Shown here in pieces: positions 1 to 11,196 of a stretch of 64,000 nucleotides of DNA; position 1 is the stretch's first letter, and the number at the start of each line of letters is the position of its first letter. The notes beneath the pieces were generated by a model. It did not search any database, was not told the origin of the DNA, and saw only the letters and a program-made list of their open reading frames with translations. This DNA is from Leucoraja erinacea. Its lineage: Eukaryota. The DNA lies in assembly GCF_028641065.1 (NCBI RefSeq), contig NC_073410.1, forward strand, positions 558,001 to 622,000. Direction: 5' to 3'. Made by a program: the position numbers and the translations under genes.

Positions 1-21
1 ACACAGTCATACAGTTAGTTA

Positions 22-100
22 CAAATGCTGCAGTAACTCAGCGGCAACTCAGGGGAGAAGGAATGGGCGACGTTTCAGGTCGAGACCCTTCTACAGACTG
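22..100 (-). mobile_element. Penelope-derived short element with mutated hammerhead motif (69-96)
   Basis: Minus strand reads agtCTGTAGAagggtctcgacctGAAACGTCgcc...; matches the family consensus but has CUGUAGA in the core. Confidence 0.7.
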
Positions 101-136
101 AGTGATAAAACCCCTCTCTCGGCGTGCGGCTGTCAG

Positions 137-256
137 CACCCGGAGGAAACCCACGCGGTCACAGGGAGAACGTGCAAACTCCACACAGACAGCGCCGGAG
201 GTCAGGATCGAACCCGGTTCTCAGGTGGTGAGAGGCTGCTGCCCCACCGCTGAGCC
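137..256 (-). mobile_element. tRNA-derived V-SINE (HE1-like) 5' fragment
   Basis: Minus strand has a B-box-like GGTTCGATCC and gtctgtgtggagtttgcacgttctccctgtgaccgcgtgggtttcctccggg, homologous to the copy at 28659-28936. Confidence 0.75.
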
Positions 257-751
257 TTTCTTTGACTAAACAGGGTTCAGGGATGTGACGACCTGCCGGA
301 TTCTGGGGTGAATCAGTCTCGCCATGGGAGAGTTGTCCGCGCGGAGAGACTCGGTGGGTCGGGAAGGAAAGTACAGACGGTTCAGGTCAGGACTTCAGAC
401 CATGTTCCCTCCACAGATGCCGCCTGACCCACAACATCTGCAGTTCCGATATCTCCGGGTTTAAACTTTCGCAGTAATGTTTGGCGGCCGCTGGATGATC
501 AGGTCTGTGGGCGGTGGCGACTTTAACCAGTTATATCTCCCCCCCCCAGAAATGTTGTCCACCCCGGGTGACTAAACCAACGGATAAAAAGCAAAGCATT
601 CCGTTGGAGTTCGCGGTCTCTCGCTGGGAGTTTCTCGTGTCTGCGCAGGTAAGTGTTGAACTTTCCCACGAAAGTTCCACATCTCGGCCCGTGCAGCGGG
701 TTGTACATCTGTGGCGGCGCCGCCAGGTAATGTCGCCGACTGGTGCCGGTA

Positions 752-808
752 GGGGATAGGGTGGGGGCTCGGGGATAGGGTGGGGGCTCGGGGATAGGGT
801 GGGGGCTC
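752..808 (+). repeat. 3 x 19-bp G-rich tandem repeat (GGGGATAGGGTGGGGGCTC)
   Basis: Exact copies at 752, 771 and 790. Confidence 0.95.
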
Positions 809-1095
809 TCAAGCGGGTTGTCTCCCCTTAGGCAGCTGCCCCCCCCCACTGACTTCACACCCGGTCACACCCACCGGGCCGGAGAGCAGAACGAGCTTCC
901 GAGCGGAAACACAACACGCGCCGTCTCCCCCCCCCCCCCCCCCCAACTTATCTCTCCCCCACAACTTATCTCTCCCCCTCCCCCCCCCCCCCCCCCCCCT
1001 CTCTCTCCCCCCCCCCCACCAACCCCCTCTCCCCCCCCCCCACCCCCAACCCCGCTCCCAGGAGCCGGTCGCCGCCGCCCGCAGACAACACTTAC

Positions 1096-1453
1096 TCGGC
1101 GAGGGCGAGTAGGCAACGTCCGAGGCCCAGGCCCGCTCTTCCTTGTCGGTGGGACTGTCCGCTCGGCGCGGTGCCGGGTCATCGGCTCCGGGCTCCGAGT
1201 GCCGTTTGTTCGGGTGTTCAGTCCGGGAGCAGGGTTGTTCCGTGGTGAGGGTGGGCTGCGCGGGGGGGTCAGCTGTCCGGCTGGGCTTGCGATCAGAGAT
1301 CAACGACTCGACGCTGAACGGGAGGCTGGCTGCCCGCAACCCCTTGCTGTCCGCCGGCCCGTTCCCTGGCGCTTCCCAGCCCGTCTCCCTTTCCTTGGTG
1401 TCCCGGGGCAGGGAGCCCGGCAGAGTATTCATCATCCGAGAACAAGGGGCCAT
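1096..1453 (-). CDS. msx3: Msx homeobox gene, coding exon 1 (119 codons + 1 nt; Msx3/msxC-like); exon 2 with the homeodomain is outside the window
   Basis: ATG at 1453 opens MAPCSRMMNTL...AASLPFSVESLISDRK...ERAWASDVAYSPSP. It contains the Msx eh1-type motif LPFSVE(S/A)L and the W-x5-YSP end typical of Msx exon 1, followed by a perfect donor A|GTAAGT at 1096/1095 in phase 1, the conserved Msx intron position. 'FSVESLISDR' and N-terminal 'MAP..MMN.L' resemble teleost msxC/Msx3 rather than Msx1/2 (FSVEALM). Msx family is confident; the paralog call is from memory. Confidence 0.85.
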
Positions 1454-1559
1454 GCACCCGGGAACCGCGCCGCGCCGCCGCCACTTAGTCCGTACCCCGG
1501 GACATGGCTCATCCAAAACGCCACCGTCGCCGCCCAACTTTCCCAACTCGCAGCCCAGC

Positions 1560-1660
1560 CGCTAGCTTTAAACCTCTCGCCCCCTTCCTGTCACCACGAC
1601 CGCTCCAATCAGCTGGCCCGCTCGGCTTGTGACGACCAAGGCACCGCCCCGATCGCCAGG
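1560..1660 (-). promoter_or_regulatory. Putative Msx core promoter: TATA-like TTTAAA (1567-1572), CCAAT (1605-1609) abutting E-box CAGCTG (1610-1615), GC box (1644-1649)
   Basis: Motifs read directly, 115-200 bp upstream of the ATG inside a CpG island. A TSS near 1540 is inferred from TATA spacing only. Confidence 0.55.
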
Positions 1661-1883
1661 CCGAGTCTAACCAGGAACAATGATGATGTTGAAAGGGCCG
1701 GCAGTTCATCAAAGTCCCGGTTACAGATAGCCCCGGGCTGCAGACCCGCACTAACGCTATTCAACTGTACGGGAACCTCTAGCGGGCCAGACTGTCCTGC
1801 CCGGTACAGGCACTCGCTCTGGGAGTTTAAAACCCCATCTGTATCAGAACGCGTGCATTCGCTGCATTCTGTCACTGGATGTG

Positions 1884-2385
1884 NNNNNNNNNNNNNNNNN
1901 NNNNNNNNNNNNNNNNNNNNNNNNNNNNNNNNNNNNNNNNNNNNNNNNNNNNNNNNNNNNNNNNNNNNNNNNNNNNNNNNNNNNNNNNNNNNNNNNNNNN
2001 NNNNNNNNNNNNNNNNNNNNNNNNNNNNNNNNNNNNNNNNNNNNNNNNNNNNNNNNNNNNNNNNNNNNNNNNNNNNNNAGATACANNNNNNNNNNNNNNN
2101 NNNNNNNNNNNNNNNNNNNNNNNNNNNNNNNNNNNNNNNNNNNNNNNNNNNNNNNNNNNNNNNNNNNNNNNNNNNNNNNNNNNNNNNNNNNNNNNNNNNN
2201 NNNNNNNNNNNNNNNNNNNNNNNNNNNNNNNNNNNNNNNNNNNNNNNNNNNNNNNNNNNNNNNNNNNNNNNNNNNNNNNNNNNNNNNNNNNNNNNNNNNN
2301 NNNNNNNNNNNNNNNNNNNNNNNNNNNNNNNNNNNNNNNNNNNNNNNNNNNNNNNNNNNNNNNNNNNNNNNNNNNNNNNNNNNNA
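1884..2385. other. Assembly gap (N run, with a 7-nt island at 2079-2085)
   Basis: N bases. Confidence 1.
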
Positions 2386-3241
2386 AAGCTACACCAATCC
2401 TTCATGATAAGTGGAGGTATTTATTAGGCAGACGAGTGATGTTACGGAAGGCGCCGGCGCGGTTGGATCAATCAGTCGAGCGATGTCAGGGAGACGAGGC
2501 AACAGTTAACTCAACTGCACCAATTGTCCTAAAAACTTCCCCGTCTCCTGGTCTTTCTCTGATCACTCTCACCCTGTGGCTGCGAGACATTCTCTCCACA
2601 ACAAGTATAATTTTAAAGGCTTCCAGCAGCGCACACATCATCATTTATAAATCACCCACATTCGGCACGGAAGTAGCATTTGCAGTTTATCCAGCACGGT
2701 ATCCCCGCGACCCCGGCGATTAAAGATCCGAGGAGGTGCCTTTTTGATCTGGAGAACGTCTTAAAATGTCTACTGCACTCGGCTCCCCTTTATTGTTCAA
2801 CCCAGAATAAAACCCGTGTGGAAACGAGCAGCGGCCCAGAGTGTCGGTTTCTCAATCAGAAGAAAACTCGGCGATAAGGTATACATTCCTCGCGTAATTC
2901 ACACCGTCAACGTCTCGCTTGCCCGGTCCCGGTGAGGACTCGCGGCAAATCCCCGGCTTCTGTTGCCCGAGGAAGGCGCCGGTACTTCACGGGCACCCTC
3001 ACTGTGCACCGTGGCGGTTCCTCGGCCCAGAATATTGGGAAGCTTCACCCTCCCCCTCCATCTCTCCCTCCCAACCCTTGCCCGACAGCGCGACGCCTCA
3101 CACGGCCGGGATGCCAGTGTTCAGAGTTCGGGACCGGGCCTCGCAATATCTTCAGTGATTGGCCAGGATTTTAGTCCTCTGTGGCCGCTGCATCAACTAG
3201 AAAACTTATTTAAATTAACTTTCGGGGCAACTTTACTGAGC

Positions 3242-3666
3242 NNNNNNNNNNNNNNNNNNNNNNNNNNNNNNNNNNNNNNNNNNNNNNNNNNNNNNNNNNN
3301 NNNNNNNNNNNNNNNNNNNNNNNNNNNNNNNNNNNNNNNNNNNNNNNNNNNNNNNNNNNNNNNNNNNNNNNNNNNNNNNNNNNNNNNNNNNNNNNNNNNN
3401 NNNNNNNNNNNNNNNNNNNNNNNNNNNNNNNNNNNNNNNNNNNNNNNNNNNNNNNNNNNNNNNNNNNNNNNNNNNNNNNNNNNNNNNNNNNNNNNNNNNN
3501 NNNNNNNNNNNNNNNNNNNNNNNNNNNNNNNNNNNNNNNNNNNNNNNNNNNNNNNNNNNNNNNNNNNNNNNNNNNNNNNNNNNNNNNNNNNNNNNNNNNN
3601 NNNNNNNNNNNNNNNNNNNNNNNNNNNNNNNNNNNNNNNNNNNNNNNNNNNNNNNNNNNNNNNNNN
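3242..3666. other. Assembly gap
   Basis: N bases. Confidence 1.
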
Positions 3667-5993
3667 CTGCCAGCGGGGCCGCCGCTTCTGACCCGCGTGT
3701 CGGCGAATAGGTAGAAACATGTCGATTGTAGGGAACTCTCACCCGCACCGCCATCAGAACAAGTTGAGCTGAATCAGTCCAGGCGCTCCCTGAGAGAACA
3801 CGGGGCAATTGGAGTAAAATTCACTTCCCAAATGAAACGGAGAGCTGACGAATTGTTCTTGAAACATAATCCATAAATGTCAAAAACAAGTTTTTCACTG
3901 CAATAGATGTCGGAATTATAAAACACGGCGACATGTTATCGTTGCAACATTTAGCATCAGATATAGTTACACTGGAATAAAATCAAACCGTGTCTATTCC
4001 GTTTCACTACAGACTGAACGAGCCGCATTGTACAACGGCGGAACCGTGACAAGAATATTTAGACATCTTCTAATCATTTTAGTAAAACTTGCAGCGTGTT
4101 AGTTTGAACGCCATCTCGCTACAAAAGGCCGCTCGGGGATTTGGTTGTGAAGGCCAACATTCACGGGCTCGGTAATTGCGAATGTGTTTTAGGTTCGGCA
4201 TAATTCTACTGGAATGTTTATAAGGAAATAATTTCACAGCGTTGCCTCGCACATGCAACAATAAAGCGACTTTAAACCATTAAATTCCGTTTTTTCCCCT
4301 TGCAGCTTGTGAGTTTTTGGAGACTGTGTGGGGAAGACGATAGTGCAGATTATTTGCCTCGCGTCTAGGCATGTTGAACTGATTCTGATCGGGCGGACTC
4401 GGCTAACCTGACAATCAGAACCTTCAAAGCGAGTTTTATCCGTTTTATTGTAAAAAGCCGAAAGTGGCCGTTTCTGGGTTAGTAAATATTCTTCAAGGGG
4501 AAATAAAACTGTCACTATAAATTAACATGTAACATTAGGATGACGTGAAAACACAATTAAAACCACACTGTGCAATAATTACTCATCTTCCAACCCTCTC
4601 GTTGCCGGCCCGAGGTGACTCGCATTTGCAGTTAGTCCCGCCGCTCAAACCCCCCTCCCTATCTCACCCTGAAATTATTCCTTGGTGAAGTTACTTTTTC
4701 TGATCGAAAGCTGCGAGTTTCTGCGATGCTCGATAGGAAAAAGCGAAGTAAAAGTCTTGGAGGATTATTTATTTCTTGAATTATGTTTATGTCGCCTGTA
4801 TCTGTGAAACGTCCAGTTTCAAATGTTTGTTAAACCTGCATTTAGTTGTAAAATATTACAGACCCCACACAAATAACTCTTGAAGGCCCCATCTCAATAT
4901 CTTAAATACATCGATTTTAATTTCTCCCGCTGGCTGACTTATTTCTCGTGAATGTGTGTGTGATTTTACAACATCTGAACCACACATTTCCCGGGACCTG
5001 TCGGTGTGGGAATAACCGGGGCCGGGTTGTCGGTGGATACAGTGACTTGTGTGGGACTTAGCCCTCACACCAGACACGGTCACACACACAGAGGCAGACG
5101 GGGCTGTGCGGGAACGTTACTGTTTTTTGCAGCAAGCGAAGACAAATTACAGATCAATCAATTGATCGTTAGTTGAGTTAAACTCGATTAGCTGAAGTGC
5201 TGCTTAAATTGCCGGCTGTTTGGGTTATTAATTTACCGGTTCATCAACATTTGATCTTATGTTTTTGGGTTCATTTGGGAACTGATCGAATTAATTGAGT
5301 CATCGGACATTCAGAAATGCCCGCGATTACCGGCGCGCCCCGGCCGACGGACAGCGTGTGGACCGGAGTCGCCGCTGCCGCTCACGGCCGGTGGAGAACG
5401 GCTGTACCGAATACAGCCTTTTGTTGCACCCCGCCCGTGTGTTGTACCGGGCACTGGCCGATGCCCGCAAACAGTGAGAAGGAAGGAATGTGAAACAGTT
5501 TTGAGCTGAAGGCGAGAGATAACAAAACGTCCTCGGGCACCGGGCAACGATTAATTCATCGGAGACGCGCGGTTATTTGTTGCGCGTCTCATCATCTGCA
5601 TCATCTGCAAATCCAAACCCTGCCCTGCACCAGCATAAGGGAAACTAAAGAACAACATCAAAGATGTCTAACTTCACCTCCCAAACCGGACACAACCAAC
5701 ATACATACACCCGCCTCAACACTGCACAATGACAATAATCTGAATCTGAATCTGAATCTGAACGGAGAGACGCGGTTCTTTAAGCTGCTTGCCGTGGTAT
5801 TTAGAAAGAAACGATTTTATGAAACTGATTCCGGAAATCTCTCTCCCAACACCACGAGCTCAGAGAGGGAGTAGAATAAACGGCAATCTCCACGCAGGGG
5901 TCATAGTCCATGAGGCCACCCGGCCCATCGCGGTGGCATCGTGGGCTAGTACCATGTGCCTGCATTTGATCCACCTCCCACTAAACCCTAGGT

Positions 5994-6311
5994 ACATAAA
6001 AATGCTGGAGAAACTCAGCGGGTGCAGCAGCAACTATGGAGCGAAGGAAAAGGGCAACGTTTCGGGCCGAAACCCTTCTTCAGACGGGTTTCCCTCTAAA
6101 CGCTCCCCTGCCCACATATCTATGCAAATATCTTTTAAACACCGTTGTTGTTGACATCGAAGATAGACACAAAAAGTTGGTTTGAAGAAGGGTCTCGACC
6201 CGAAACTTCACCCATTCCTTCTCTCCAGATACGCTGCCAGTCCCGCTGAGTTACTCCAGCAGTTTGTGTCCATCTTCTGTTTAAACCAGCATCGGCAGTT
6301 CCTTCCTACAC
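5994..6311. mobile_element. Two Penelope-derived short elements in opposite orientation (subfamily B on minus ~5994-6085; subfamily A on plus ~6180-6311)
   Basis: aatgctggagaaactcagcgggtgcagcag...aacgtttcgggccgaaacccttcttcag, then tttgaagaagggtctcgacccgaaacttcaccc...cagttccttcctacac. Confidence 0.75.
6056..6083 (-). ncRNA. Minimal type-I hammerhead ribozyme motif (intact core, subfamily B)
   Basis: CUGAAGA-A-GGGU(UUCG)GCCC-GAAA-CGUU. All core nucleotides are present, with a stem II hairpin and a palindromic ACGU stem III. Confidence 0.65.
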
Positions 6312-6907
6312 GTGTACATATCTAAGCGAGACACTGTTTATTGGCCTTGATGTAACTGCGCTTCATTTGTCCATGTTAATCATACACGCTGTTTGTTGGC
6401 GCTGCTCGGCGCGGCGACACGGGAGCAGGCGGCGAGACTCCCTGGGACCATCATTGTACATTAACACATTAATTCAGCCCAGTCTAATTACACTTCTTTC
6501 ACATACTGTTAATTTTAAGTGGAACCAGGCAGAGAGGAATTATATTGTGAACATGTGCAGCGGGACCGGCTTTAAATCCCAACGTGAGAGGAGAGGGGGA
6601 AGGACAGGGGCTGCGTTTATTCCTGGTTCCGGCGCCGCCCGCTTGAGTGAGACACACCCCCCCCCCCCCCCCCCCCCCCCCCTTTCCCCTATCTCTCCCC
6701 CCCCTCTCTCCCCCACCCCCCCCATCTACGCCCCCCCCCCATCCTCCTCCCCCCATCTACCCCCCCCCCCCCTCTCTACACCCCCCCTCTCCCCAACCCT
6801 CTCTCCTATCTCTCCCAACCCCCTCTCCCCTCTCCATCTCCATCTCCCCTCCACTCCCTCACTCGCATTGCCTGCATTTGGCCCACTGCTGTCCAAATCC
6901 TTCCTAT

Positions 6908-7035
6908 CAGTCTGAAAAAAGAATCTTCACCCGAAACGTCACTCATTCCTTCTCTCCAGAGCCGGCCATGCCTGTCCCGCTGAGTTACTCCAGCAATTTG
7001 TGTCAAACTTTGGTATAGAGTAGCATCTGCAGTTA
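6908..7035 (+). mobile_element. Penelope-derived short element with degenerate hammerhead
   Basis: agtctgaaaaaagaatcttcacccgaaacgtcac...gctgagttactccagc...gcatctgcag. Confidence 0.65.
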
Positions 7036-8912
7036 TTTTTCTTTACATATTGTGTAGCTGGGACGTTGGGCGATGTGGGCGTTGGGCCGAAGGTCCTGTT
7101 TCCACGCTGTAGGGCTCTATATATATATACAATATGGTTAATGCGGAATTGTACACGTGTGGAGCATGCAGGCACACATGGGGTTGGTCAAACACACGCC
7201 TTAACCATATGGGATTGGGGTACAAATTCGCATTAAAGCCATCATGGAGACAATCTTCTTCAACATCAGGATGACAACGTTATAGAGAGACTTTGTTTTC
7301 CAGTTTGAATTCAGTTCGCACGTTTTCTCTATGGCAGTTCCTTCGCTTCACCAGCGGAGTGGGATAAGTTGGTCTCCAGACTGCAGCAGAGTCGGGCGCA
7401 GTTGGATATCTGGAACCACTGCCGTTAATTGCACGCTGCCATTAACACCAGCCATTCTTCCTGCTTTAACACCAGGTTTGTTTTTCATGGAGCCTCACTC
7501 AATTGAATGGCATGCAATGCTTTCACTCTAGTATGAAGCTGGCCCAGTCACAATGGGCCGAACGGCCTGTTATCATGTTGTACGTCTCAATCTGCGGAGT
7601 GTGTGACTTCCAATGAAAAACGTGTTGTGAGTGGAGTACAAGTCCCATCCAGATGTGTAACACAGTTTAGTGCAAGAATTAATTAGCATCGATGAATTAT
7701 TCCCTGACCGCGATGACTAAAAGCACATGTCCAGTTCTGGCAACGTAACGGCAACAGTGGTGGGAAACACGAACTAACACGAGGAATACTCAGCGGGCCA
7801 GGCAGCATCCATGGAGAGGAACAGGACCACAATCATTCTGATCAACATGAGCTGTGCTTCTCTCTGCACAGTTGGGGCAGGTGAATCTAAACATATAAAT
7901 GACACTTACACAGGTACACGGATTGGAAAGGTTTAAAGGGATTTGGGCCAAAGATGGACTAATGAGACTGGCTTAGATGGGGCATATTGGTCGATATACG
8001 TAAGAGGGGCCGAACCTCCTGTCCCCCTGCTATCTCTCTCTCTCTCTGCGATGTTGCCAGAACGGTTGCGTTTCTAACGCCAATAGTTTGCTGCACATTT
8101 CTCATTGGTTTCTGGATATATTTGCTGGTGTTATGACGGTGGCCTCCTGTCCTGTCTCTAGTGTTGCAACGATTCTGCATCGATTAACCAACACCTCTTC
8201 AAAATGAGTTTAAAGTCAAGGTATCCCGCAATGGGAGTGAGGTGCAGCACTGACACATGCTGTGGGGATGATGTATTGAGGTGAGACAGACATTCTAACT
8301 ACACGGCTTTCCCTGGTACACGGACATCCATCTGAGCTTGCCTGTGGTTTGTACCATGTTACCTAAAGTACTGATTAAGTTAAATATGGTTTTACTTTCC
8401 GGTAAAGACCTCAGTCATCTTTGATCTTGCTACACAATCCTAAAGTCTGAGAAAGCTGCTTCAACCTGATCAAAGATGTCTCTGATCTGCCTCAGAAGCT
8501 GAGAGTGTGGTGTTAGGTGAAGCTGGGCTGGAGCTGAGACCTGCAGTTAAGTACAGAGTGAACTTGACACAACTAATAGAGGATGAAAGCTGTATGGGTG
8601 CTATGACAAGAATGCATATGTGTGCAATGAAGAAATCGTGGCGACTGGGAACTCGATTCAGCCGATCCTGGCCGACGCTGCCACCAACTCCGAGACTTGT
8701 GGTTGGAAGACTACACTTGTTAACTTCCAAGCCACAAGGTGATGCGTGGCTCCTTTCTTCCTCCTGAAATGATCTCTCGCTACCATTAAACATAACTCTG
8801 CTCAGGGCAACCCGAGAGGCGGTATCGGGTTCACAAAGACAGCATTCGGGTAATTAAATTGCAGAACTCGAGCCTGATTGGAGTGGTGGCATTTCCCCGC
8901 AACATTCACCAT

Positions 8913-9068
8913 TCAAGATTCAAGAGAGTTTATTGTCATGTGTCCCTGATAGGACAATTAAATTCTTGCTTTGCTTCAGCACACAGAACATAGAAGGCAT
9001 GAATACAGAACAGATCAGCGTGTCCATATACCATTGTATAAATATATACACACATGAATAAATAAACT
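8913..9068 (-). mobile_element. LINE 3' UTR fragment (Rex1/Babar-like)
   Basis: Minus strand ends ...acatgacaataaactctcttgaatcttg; resembles the 3' ends attached to Rex1-like coding fragments elsewhere in the window. Confidence 0.45.
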
Positions 9069-9081
9069 AGCGTCACGGAGT

Positions 9082-9830
9082 CATATAGCGTGGGAAGAGA
9101 CCATTCGGCCCAACTTTCCTACGCCGACTAATATGTCCCACCTGCCTGCGTTTGGCTCACATCCCTCTAAATCTGTCCTATCCATGTACCTGTCTAAATG
9201 TTTCTTAAACGTTGTGAAAGTCCATACCTCAACTACCTCCTCTGGCAGCTCGTTCCATATAACTACTAGCTCATGCCCTCGGCGTCCTGGTAACATCCTC
9301 GTACATCCCCTCCGCACCTTTTCCAGTTTACTACAGGCCTCTCCGATGCCTTGTACATTGTAACGTGCTCTGCCAACGTCTACACTCACCACTCTGACTG
9401 ATGAAGTCCAATGTGCCGAAAGCCTTGTTTACCCCCCTGTATATCTGCCTGCATCCATGTCCCTGTACTCTAGCCATTGTGTGTAGGCCATGCCCATGCT
9501 GGACTTCCCAACAGGCAGCACCTCGCCCTTGTTTAAGAAGGAACTGCAGATGCTGGGAAATCGAAGGTAGACAAAAATGCTGGAGAAACTCAGCGGGTGA
9601 GGCAGCATCTATGGAGCGAAGGAAATAGGCAACGGCCTCATACTTCGCTGTATTCAACTCAATTAACCATTTTTCAGCCCAGCTGGCCAACTGATCAATT
9701 GTTGACAATCATCTTCGCTATCTACAATGCCATCTACTTTAGTGTAATCTGTAAACTGGCTATTCATGCCTTGTATGTTCTCATCCAAATCATTAATGTA
9801 GATGACGAACAGTGATCCACCATGAATATA
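9082..9830 (-). mobile_element. CR1-clade LINE fragments (degenerate RT C-terminus and 3' tail), interrupted by a Penelope-derived unit at ~9530-9634
   Basis: Minus-strand ORFs contain VIWNELPEEVVE...FKKHLDRYMD, KLEKVRRGCTRMLPG and IDQLASWAEKWLIELNTAKYE, typical CR1 ORF2 motifs. Confidence 0.8.
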
Positions 9831-10324
9831 AAAGGCTCAGGAGACGAGACCAGCCGTGCTCGAAGTTCGATTGCCTGAATGGCCTCCTACTGCTGTGTGT
9901 GTAAGGCCGCAGATAGAGAGTCTCATTCGAGCCAGGAGAGGGACATAGAGAGCACAGTGTGGGTAGAGGACGGACCCGTCCCAGCTAATGTACCGCATTA
10001 ACCCAGCACTGGTTAGTTGGAGGCCCAGTCCCGCCACAGATGTTCCCAGTAACTCGGCCCCTTTATTGATTGTACGTTGCCAGTGTAGGCCAGGCACCCT
10101 TGCACTCACTTCACTAAACCCATTCCCCACTGAACACTGCCCGGTCCATCACAGCATCTACCGGGGTCGCCACATCAACAAATCCTGGCCTCATTCTCAT
10201 TTCATAGGTACAGGAGTCTGAAAACAGTAACCTCGTCCTGGTCCCGGTTCAGGAACAGCCTCTTCCCAACAATCATCCACTATTGAACACCACGACCTCC
10301 AAATAAACTCTGATTCATATTCCT

Positions 10325-10475
10325 ATATATCCAGCATCTGCAGTTCTTTCCTCCAAATCATATATATAGTGTGTGCGGAACTGCAGCAGCTGCTTTGCAC
10401 CGAAGATAGACACAAAATGCTGAAGTAATTCCACGCGACAGGCAGCATCTCTGGAGAAAAGGAATAGCGGTGATG
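10325..10475. mobile_element. Penelope-derived short element fragments in both orientations
   Basis: ccagcatctgcagttc and ggaactgcag...gatagacacaaaatgctgaagtaat...ggcagcatctctggagaaaaggaatag. Confidence 0.6.
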
Positions 10476-10784
10476 TCTGTGGTGTTCAGCCAGGCCAATG
10501 ATGTTCCGCTGGGCGGGTGGGGTGACCGTGTTGCGCGGATGACCAGGGTGGTAATGCCGCGGGCCGGCGCTCAGGCACCGCATGGATAGCACAGTGCGTG
10601 TGTTAGTCCCACAGTCCCATCCCATCACTCACACATCCCCGCGACACTAGGAGAGAGGAGTGTCGCCGTTTACTTGGTTAGAAATTCAGCAACAGCGGTT
10701 AATTTTAACCAGAGAGAAGTTTTACCGTTTTTTAAAGTTGAGCTTTGACGCGAGGAATCTTTGACAGATTCCTCGCGTTTAGAA

Positions 10785-11196
10785 GATTTAGAAGATGGAG
10801 CGGGGATCTTATAGAAACGTACAAAATTCTTAAGGCGTTGGACAGGCTAGATGCAGGAAGATTGCTCCCGATGTTGGGGAAGTCCAGAACAAGGGGTCAC
10901 AGCTTAAGGATAAGGGGGAAATCTTTTAGGACCGAGATGAGAAAAACATTTTTCACACAGGGAGTGGTGAATCTGTGGAATTCTCTGCCACAGAAGGTAG
11001 TTGAGGCCACAGTTAATTGGCTATATTTAAGAGGGAGTTAGATGTGGCCCTTGTGGCTAAAGGGATCAGGGGGTATGGAGAGAAGGCAGGTACAGGATAC
11101 TGAGTTGGATGATCAGCCATGATCATATTGAATGGCGAATGGTGCAGGCTCGAAGGGCCGAATGGCCTACTCCTGCACCTATTTTCTATGTTTCTA
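10785..11196 (+). mobile_element. CR1-clade LINE (HER1-like) 3' end, young copy
   Basis: GDLIETYKILKALDRLDAGRLLPMLGKSRTRGHSLRIRGKSFRTEMRKTFFTQGVVNLWNSLPQKVVEA plus the tail gaagggccgaatggcctactcctgcacctattttctatgtttcta. Near-identical to 48236-48413. Confidence 0.9.

Larger units (their letters stand above)
1..1095 (-). other. 5' part of the Msx intron
   Basis: Begins at the GTAAGT donor (1095-1090). No homeobox exon (e.g. RKPRTPF) is seen before the window edge. Confidence 0.85.
480..1880. promoter_or_regulatory. CpG island over Msx promoter, exon 1 and proximal intron
   Basis: Very high GC and CpG density compared with the CpG-depleted sequence beyond ~17 kb. Confidence 0.8.

Noticed and set aside
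809-1546. 245-aa ORF as a complete gene
   Set aside because: Only 1453-1096 is exon; the ORF starts at a non-ATG codon and reads through a perfect splice donor into G-rich intron.
1772-1790. CTCF-like GCCCGCTAGAGGTT on the minus strand
   Set aside because: Lacks the conserved GGC end of the core; too weak to call.
818-2723. Long plus-strand ORFs overlapping Msx exon 1 and the N gaps
   Set aside because: Artefacts of GC-rich antisense sequence and N runs.
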